Shown here: in pieces, positions 58,157-64,000 of the stretch
Numbering within the stretch: position 1 is the stretch's first letter
Layout: each line of letters begins with the position of its first letter
NCBI GenBank assembly: GCA_026713605.1
Contig: JAPOOC010000008.1
Location: forward strand, 16,889 to 80,888
From: Candidatus Kaiserbacteria bacterium
Lineage (GTDB): Bacteria; Patescibacteriota; Minisyncoccia; Phycocordibacterales; JABAAK01
Direction: 5' to 3'
Length of the DNA stretch: 64,000 bases
Translations under genes and position numbers: made by a program
Notes under the pieces: model-generated
Databases searched by the model: none
What the model was told of the DNA's origin: nothing
Seen by the model: only the letters and a program-made list of their open reading frames with translations

Positions 58157-59026
58157 TTATGCACCCTTTTTCTTTTTTGTGGCGTTGGTATGTTTTTTTG
58201 CGTATTCGTAGAGTATGTATAGCACAGAGAAGTAGAATGGTGTCAGGGCTCCTATGGTTAGCGCAAAGTTGAGTAGTGCTCCTCCTATGTCTCCCACGAG
58301 ATCGAAAAGTTTTTGTATTGGGATTCCGATAGTAGAATAGAGCAGTATGAATAGCAGTAGTAGCCAGGATACATCTTTTTTTGTCAGGGCGAATGATTCT
58401 TTAATGATCGTCCATGCTGCCTTGCTTTGATCTTCTGCCCATATAAAGAGTATGAAGATGGTTCGCAAAAATATAATGAAGGGTAGCAGGAGGAGTATCG
58501 CTGCAACCACCAGAAGTATCACGCCTGTTGTTGTAGCGTCAGACAGGGATTGTATTCCTCCGAACAGTAGGAGCATGCTCGGGATGCTTGCTACGAAACT
58601 GAGGATGTTGGCAAGTATTATCACGGGAAGTAATTTTATCCCACGAATAATACCGAACTTTATGGACTCACCGAATGAAGTGTTGTGTGTCAATACCCGT
58701 GCTTTGGCCGCAGTAGAGAATAGGGCAATTATCATCACTACCACCAGCATGACAATCACCACACTGATGGTGCCGATTGACGGTAGTGCTGTCAGTCCTT
58801 GTAGCGGTGCGTCACTGCCTCCTGATTCTATCGTTGCGTAGTCCGTGGTGTTTATATCACCCACTGCTGCCATTATGCCGGTGGCGAACAGTGGGGCAAG
58901 GAAAGCAAACAGTGTCAGTAGCAGTGCTACCAGAAATACGAAGTCAATACCGACCAGGCGACCCCACACTCTTTTGAGTGTTTGTGCTGTGTAATCAATG
59001 TATGATTCATTTTTTTTCATGCGCAT
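58157..59026 (-). CDS. polytopic membrane protein (hypothetical), operonic with the M16 peptidase
   Basis: ~7 TM helices. Start 4 nt after the peptidase stop region. Confidence 0.5.
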   Translation of the reverse strand: MRMKKNESYIDYTAQTLKRVWGRLVGIDFVFLVALLLTLFAFLAPLFATGIMAAVGDINTTDYATIESGGSDAPLQGLTALPSIGTISVVIVMLVVVMIIALFSTAAKARVLTHNTSFGESIKFGIIRGIKLLPVIILANILSFVASIPSMLLLFGGIQSLSDATTTGVILLVVAAILLLLPFIIFLRTIFILFIWAEDQSKAAWTIIKESFALTKKDVSWLLLLFILLYSTIGIPIQKLFDLVGDIGGALLNFALTIGALTPFYFSVLYILYEYAKKHTNATKKKKGA

Positions 59027-59134
59027 AAATAGTTATATACAAGTAATAGGAATTATGTTCATAGTATACCGTAGTTCTGGAAAGGTGTTGTTTTAGCTGA
59101 GGTGTGTATAGTATACTATTGAAAAGGGTGTTGT

Positions 59135-59797
59135 ATGATCACTGAACTTTTATTTTTGAGCGTTATCTGTATAGATTTGTTTTTCATATATCTCGCATGG
59201 CGGTTTGGCAAGTTGTATCTTGCGGTAACGCTTGTTATGAATATTGTCCTCACCGTCATCTTTGCCGGTCAGATTGTGCAGTTGTTCGGGACAATGGTTG
59301 GCTTAAGTGCTTTATTTTTTGCGCCTGTTTTTGTGATAACAAACATGGTGAACGAGCGATACGGCAAAACCGAGGCGAAAAGAATGATGCATATTGGCCT
59401 TTTTTCACTTGTTGTGTTGCTTGCGTTGCTGTATCTCGGCACCAGTATACCTTCGTCACTGGAGACCGCCGAAATGTCCGATGCGCTCGCTATACTATTT
59501 CACATTAGTGTTAGGATGGTTTTTGGCACCATCATCACCTACTATGTTGCGCAGCAGATAACTATCTACCTGTACCGAAAGATTGGTGACCTGACAAAAG
59601 GGAAGTTGCTTTGGCTCAGGCACAACGCGGCGATTATCATTGCGTTGGCGGCAGATAGCATCCTCTTTTACCCGATTGCCTTTTACGGCAATGTCTCACT
59701 AGAGACCCTCCTCACGATTACCATTACTGGTTGGCTTATCAAGTGCCTTGTCCCCATCCTTGCCACGCCGATTACCTATTTGATTAAGCGGCGGTAG
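59135..59797 (+). CDS. VUT/YhhQ-family (DUF165) putative queuosine-precursor transporter
   Basis: 6-TM 220-aa protein with N-terminal YLAWRFGKLY...NERYG region resembling YhhQ. Confidence 0.45.
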   Translation: MITELLFLSVICIDLFFIYLAWRFGKLYLAVTLVMNIVLTVIFAGQIVQLFGTMVGLSALFFAPVFVITNMVNERYGKTEAKRMMHIGLFSLVVLLALLYLGTSIPSSLETAEMSDALAILFHISVRMVFGTIITYYVAQQITIYLYRKIGDLTKGKLLWLRHNAAIIIALAADSILFYPIAFYGNVSLETLLTITITGWLIKCLVPILATPITYLIKRR

Positions 59798-59840
59798 GTG
59801 TGCTTGGTTTGTTCCCATTGCGGTATACTGATAGTACTTT

Positions 59841-60734
59841 ATGAAGCGTACTCTTGTGTTCCTGGTGTCTTGCGTGTTGGTTGGTTCGATCGGTTGGGGG
59901 ATGTATGTGTTTGCTCGTGCTGTTTTTGACATTGAAACCTATGAAGATGGGGTCCCCACCTTTCCGGAAGATCCTTCTTTTGTTCAGAAAAAAGTAAAAG
60001 ATGCAATACGGACTATGCGTACTGATCTTGGAGATTGGACGCCGGAAGCGTTGGACGATATTATACGGTCAGCCGCGCGCTTGTCTGCTGTTGGCGACCA
60101 AGTTTCCTTCATCTCGGAGCAATTTTTGGGTACGCCGTATATGGGTAATACGCTTACCGGAGACGAGGACGGTTCTGAGTATCTTACGGTTAACCTTGCC
60201 GGGCTGGATTGCTTCACCTACCTTGACTATGTGGAGGCGGCTCGTCAATCAGGTTCGTATGGCGCGTTTGTATGGTCATTATTGAGTACTCGGTATAAGG
60301 ATGGGTTTTTGGATTTTCAAGGACGCAACCACTTTTTCTCTGACTGGGTGGAATATAACCATGCTCAGGTTTCTGATGTGACCGGGGAGGTTGGTGGTGA
60401 TGCGGCAGTATCCGTTGCAAAGCAGTTGAATCAGAAAAAAGATGGCAGTGTTTTTCTGGAGGGGATTCCAATAGTGCCACGCACCATCACCTACATACCA
60501 ACCGTTGCTCTTACTGATGAGGTGCTCCAACGACTCCGCACTGGCGATTACATCGGCATCTATACTGATCTTGACGGCCTTGATGTGACGCACACTGGTA
60601 TTTTTATCAACAATGATCGTGGCATCTACCTCCGCCATGCCTCCTCTCGAGAAGGAGTGCAACAAGTTCTTGATGACGATTTCCTCACCTATCTCAAGGA
60701 CAAGCCAGGTATTGTGGTCTATCGTCCGCAGTAG
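59841..60734 (+). CDS. DUF1460-like (NlpC/P60 or transglutaminase-like Cys) domain protein, N-terminal TM
   Basis: LAGLDCFTYLDYVEAARQSG Cys-containing core. Its 3' end is part of a direct repeat. Confidence 0.45.
   Translation: MKRTLVFLVSCVLVGSIGWGMYVFARAVFDIETYEDGVPTFPEDPSFVQKKVKDAIRTMRTDLGDWTPEALDDIIRSAARLSAVGDQVSFISEQFLGTPYMGNTLTGDEDGSEYLTVNLAGLDCFTYLDYVEAARQSGSYGAFVWSLLSTRYKDGFLDFQGRNHFFSDWVEYNHAQVSDVTGEVGGDAAVSVAKQLNQKKDGSVFLEGIPIVPRTITYIPTVALTDEVLQRLRTGDYIGIYTDLDGLDVTHTGIFINNDRGIYLRHASSREGVQQVLDDDFLTYLKDKPGIVVYRPQ
60659..60734 (+). repeat. direct repeat copy 1 (~76 bp; 3' end of the DUF1460 gene)
   Basis: gcaacaagttcttgatgacgatttcctcacctatctcaaggacaagccaggtattgtggtctatcgtccgcagtag. 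Confidence 0.8.
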
Positions 60735-60761
60735 TTAAGCCCTTGCAGTAAATAGGTAATC

Positions 60762-62051
60762 TTGTATACTGTAGAACACATGCAGCCCAATCAGAGAATA
60801 GAAGAAATAAAAATTGAGGATCTTAAGCTCTGGAGTGAAAACCCAAGAGATCCCATTCAAGATGGCATGTCTGATTTTGAGATACTGAGTAGAGCAGTGA
60901 AGGATGACAAGAAAAAGTGGAATTTGACAAAGCTCATTGGAGAGATGGGGGCATATTATGACACAAGTGAGTTGCCAACGGTTGTTCTGCGCGGTAAAAG
61001 ATACATTGTGTATGACGGCAATAGAAGAGTGGCTATAATTAAATACCTTCAGCACCCTGAGTGGAGTAGTGAGATTGAAAGGTCCCTTTTTCCGACATCA
61101 GAGCCAGAAAACTTGAAAAACATGAAGCGGATACCATGCAATGTGTGTGATGAGGAAACAGCATTAAATAATATTGAGAGAAAGCATGTAAACAGCGGGT
61201 CATGGAAACAGCTGGATAGAGATTATTTTGAGCACATTCATCGTGGTAAGGAGAAGAGTTTGTTTCTGAAGTTTGAGGAGGCGACAGGGTTAATAAGCCA
61301 GCATTCTTTTTTGAATGAAAATATTATGAAAAATGATATTCTGACTGAAGGAAATCTCGAGGATATAGGGTTTTCCTTTGGTTCGGATGGTGTGTTGGTA
61401 TCCATGTATTCTGGTAATGATGCAGAGAAGATTTTGAAAAAAATTGTTGAGTTGAAAAAGTCAGGAACAATAGGATCAAGAGGTGAGCATAAATACGATA
61501 TGCAGACACCTCTTTCTAACGATAAGACATTGTCATTAAAAAGATTTAGATCCAAAGGTTCAGCACCTGTTATATTTCCAAAAATTGAAAACCCCTCTTT
61601 GCCAAGTCAAAGAAAAACAAAGAGAACAAAAACCGAAAGACCTCAATTTTTTGGACCTTCGCTTTCTCTGAAAGAGGGTGCAGCAAACGATGTGTATCGT
61701 GATATACTGGACCTGTATGAATTTTACAAGAGTAGAAGGGATGATCTCTCAACAACTTTTCCAAATTTGATACGGATGTCATTGAGGGTTCTGGTGGAGG
61801 CGGCGATGGGTAAGGGTGGAAAAATAGATTCATACATTAAGCAAAACTTTAAAGAGGCAAAAAAAGTTTTGACGAAAGATGAGAGGACAACACTTTCCAA
61901 TTATTCAGTTAGCAACTCTAAAAAATTGATTCAGCTGCTTCAAACGGGGGCGCATCAGTACTCAAGCTCCTCAAATATTGAGCAGATAGTCGCCATGTCT
62001 ATCATCATAGGTGCAATGCTAAAAATAACACACTCAAAAGAAGATGAGTAA
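60762..62051 (+). CDS. ParB-like nuclease (ParBc/sulfiredoxin-fold) domain protein
   Basis: N-terminal LWSENPRD...YIVYDGNRRVAI (ParB-like DGxxR motif), 429 aa. Stop overlaps the MTase start. Confidence 0.55.
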   Translation: MYTVEHMQPNQRIEEIKIEDLKLWSENPRDPIQDGMSDFEILSRAVKDDKKKWNLTKLIGEMGAYYDTSELPTVVLRGKRYIVYDGNRRVAIIKYLQHPEWSSEIERSLFPTSEPENLKNMKRIPCNVCDEETALNNIERKHVNSGSWKQLDRDYFEHIHRGKEKSLFLKFEEATGLISQHSFLNENIMKNDILTEGNLEDIGFSFGSDGVLVSMYSGNDAEKILKKIVELKKSGTIGSRGEHKYDMQTPLSNDKTLSLKRFRSKGSAPVIFPKIENPSLPSQRKTKRTKTERPQFFGPSLSLKEGAANDVYRDILDLYEFYKSRRDDLSTTFPNLIRMSLRVLVEAAMGKGGKIDSYIKQNFKEAKKVLTKDERTTLSNYSVSNSKKLIQLLQTGAHQYSSSSNIEQIVAMSIIIGAMLKITHSKEDE

Positions 62052-62859
62052 ATCTCCACTCAGGTATCCTGGAGGAAAAGCAAAGTTTAGCGGATACTTT
62101 GCTGATATTTTGAAAAAGAAGGACATACAATCCCCTATGTTTGTTGAGCCATATTGTGGTGGCGCGGGAGCTGCTATAAAACTTTTATTGTCTGGAATGG
62201 TCGGAAAGATATATTTAAATGATATTGATAGAAGTATTTATGCCTTTTGGCACTCTGTTCGCAATGAGAATGAACGATTGGTGCGGAAAATTATGAAAAC
62301 TTTAATTACACTTGATGAATTTGACAAACAGAAAGTTATTCAATCAAAAAAAGATAGCGTTGATTTATTTACTCTGGGATTCTCAACCTTATTTTTAAAT
62401 AGGACAACATTTTCTGGTATTATTTCTGGCGGACCTATTGGGGGGAGGAAGCAGTCAGGTGCATATCTCCTTGATTGTAGATTCAACCGAAGGGAAATTG
62501 CAAGGCGGGTACAAAGAATTGGAGAATATAAAAAGCAAATAAGAATTTTTAACAAGGATGCGGAAGATTTTTTAAATTTGTCAACAATCAATAATCTGCC
62601 AAAGGAGAGAGCAATCTTTTATGTAGACCCACCGTATGTTGAAAAAGGCCCGTCCTTGTATTTGAGTATATATACACTTGAAGATCATGCGAAGATAGAA
62701 AAATTGTTGCGAGGGTGTGATAAGCATGTATATGTTTCCTATGACGACTGTAAAGAGATACGAGAAATTTATAGCAAATGGAGTAAGCAAAAAGTGGTTG
62801 TGCCACATCATGCTGGTCAATTTAAAATGGGCAAGGAAGTTATTCTGTCTATGCAGTAG
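62044..62859 (+). CDS. dam: D12-class N6-adenine DNA methyltransferase (Dam family)
   Basis: RYPGGKAKF...FVEPYCGGAGAAIKLL motif I region and DPPY (FYVDPPYVEKG). Confidence 0.8.
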   Translation: MSKSPLRYPGGKAKFSGYFADILKKKDIQSPMFVEPYCGGAGAAIKLLLSGMVGKIYLNDIDRSIYAFWHSVRNENERLVRKIMKTLITLDEFDKQKVIQSKKDSVDLFTLGFSTLFLNRTTFSGIISGGPIGGRKQSGAYLLDCRFNRREIARRVQRIGEYKKQIRIFNKDAEDFLNLSTINNLPKERAIFYVDPPYVEKGPSLYLSIYTLEDHAKIEKLLRGCDKHVYVSYDDCKEIREIYSKWSKQKVVVPHHAGQFKMGKEVILSMQ

Positions 62860-62864
62860 CGAGC

Positions 62865-62940
62865 GCAACAAGTTCTTGATGACGATTTCCTCACCTATCT
62901 CAAGAACAAGCCAGGTATTGTGGTCTATCGCCCGCAGTAG
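62865..62940 (+). repeat. direct repeat copy 2 (~76 bp, 4 mismatches to copy 1)
   Basis: gcaacaagttcttgatgacgatttcctcacctatctcaagaacaagccaggtattgtggtctatcgcccgcagtag. Confidence 0.8.
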
Positions 62941-62988
62941 TGCCGCTTTGCCGGCAGAGGAGAGTAAAAAGGTGAGTACTATATACAT

Positions 62989-63765
62989 ATGCAGGTATTT
63001 TTTGACACACAAAAGAAGGAGGTAGAGAAATATAGTAGTGAATCACAAAGAATTAGATTTTTGTCTGAACGCTGGGTTGGTAATGAAATCTTTTGTCCGC
63101 ACTGCGGAGAAGGAAGTTTATACCCGTTTGAAAACAATCGACCTGCAGCTGATTTCTATTGTAGGAATTGCAAGGAGGAGTATGAATTAAAAAGCAAGAA
63201 AAATGCTATTGGTGGCGAGGTGTTGGATGGGGCGTATAAAACAATGATTGAGCGACTACAAAATCACAATAATCCACATTTCTTTTTTTTGACCTATAAC
63301 CCTGCGGACTACTCAATTAAAAACTTTATGGTTATACCAAAGCACTTTTTTGTTCCGAGTGTTATTAAGAAGAGGAAGCCCTTATCTTCGAATGCAAGAC
63401 GGGTGGGTTGGGTTGGTTGTAATGTCTTGCTGAAAAATATCTCTGAGAGTGGAAAAATTTTTTATGTCAAAGATGGGTATGTTGAGAAAAGGAGGAATGT
63501 TTTGAAAAATTGGCAGAGAACTTTGTTCTTGAGAGATGCTCGGAAAGCAGAGTTGAGAGGGTGGCTGTTGGATGTTATGTATTGCATAGATACATTAGGC
63601 AGAAAAGAATTCACTTTGCAAGAGATGTACTCTTTTGAAAAGATATTGAATGAAAAACATCCTAACAATGTAAATATAAGACCAAAAATTAGACAGCAAC
63701 TACAGTTTTTGCGAGATAAGAATTATCTTGTTTTTCTTGGTGCTGGAAAGTATAAAGTGAGATAA
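62989..63765 (+). CDS. DpnI-like / Dam-replacing-protein (DRP) family methyl-directed endonuclease homolog
   Basis: CPHCGEGSLYPFENNRPAADFYCRNCKEEYELKSKK and NNPHFFFLTY...RKPLSSNARRVGW match, from memory, the DpnI/DRP N-terminal domain. C-terminal winged-helix-like region. Confidence 0.5.
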   Translation: MQVFFDTQKKEVEKYSSESQRIRFLSERWVGNEIFCPHCGEGSLYPFENNRPAADFYCRNCKEEYELKSKKNAIGGEVLDGAYKTMIERLQNHNNPHFFFLTYNPADYSIKNFMVIPKHFFVPSVIKKRKPLSSNARRVGWVGCNVLLKNISESGKIFYVKDGYVEKRRNVLKNWQRTLFLRDARKAELRGWLLDVMYCIDTLGRKEFTLQEMYSFEKILNEKHPNNVNIRPKIRQQLQFLRDKNYLVFLGAGKYKVR

Positions 63766-63789
63766 ATTTTGCTGTATTATGAGGGTATA

Positions 63790-63945
63790 TGGAGGTATTG
63801 AATAAAAAAGATGAAAGGGATTTATTAGACCAAGCGATGGCGCTTTTAATAAAAGTGCAGTTGGGTAATGGAAATAAAAAGGTGGGGCAAACCCTTGACA
63901 GCATCACGGATGATTTGGACTCTCTTCTCTATGATGAGTATTAAG
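63790..63945 (+). CDS. small acidic hypothetical protein
   Basis: 51-aa ORF with AGG-rich upstream region. Low support. Confidence 0.2.
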
Positions 63946-64000
63946 GTCGGATCACTGCGATATTTTTTTACAAATGGTATACTATAAAGGTGTGTCAAAA

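Overview
This window looks like a small-genome, CPR/Parcubacteria-like bacterium. The lineage guess is inferred from gene content (LTD and spondin_N surface proteins, tandem type IV pilins, split transketolase, many small membrane proteins) and was not checked by search.

The first ~42 kb is mostly housekeeping:
- a partial alaS, then gap, rpiB and rpe
- a solitary 16S rRNA with no 23S or ITS tRNAs nearby
- proS, split transketolase, peroxiredoxin and pepE
- ndk, and the rplT-rpmI and infC genes separated by an opposite-strand kinase gene, with infC probably starting at AUU
- secE-nusG-rplK, lemA, htpX, miaA
- parB, a short Rel/SpoT enzyme, msrA, dnaE, rnhB and a mutY/nth-family glycosylase
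- 11 tRNA genes plus a degenerate tRNA-Leu copy.

From ~42.9 kb the window becomes accessory and rearranged:
- An AT-rich island ends at a tRNA-Ala(UGC). It carries an HTH-Panacea antitoxin with a RelE/HigB-like toxin. It also carries an 851-aa GHKL (Bergerat-fold) ATPase, preceded by a small coupled ORF and converging on an N6/N4 DNA methyltransferase. This GHKL-plus-MTase pair is the best candidate for an uncharacterised defence/modification system.
- A second Panacea-domain gene sits downstream of a nuclease-fold gene.
- Two tandem type IV pilins follow a canonical G-quadruplex motif.
- A duplicated, fragment-rich membrane-protein region includes a T4 Imm-like protein.
- A 2.1-kb cassette (ParB-like nuclease domain protein plus Dam-class MTase) is flanked by ~76-bp direct repeats. 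It has split a DUF1460 gene from a DpnI/Dam-replacing-like gene.

Other points:
- a ~790-bp non-coding region after rnhB
- a 16S 3' end without a recognisable anti-SD
- a histone-H1-like K/R-repeat protein
- a voltage-sensor channel with an atypical pore
- two tandem paralogs of an unknown family.
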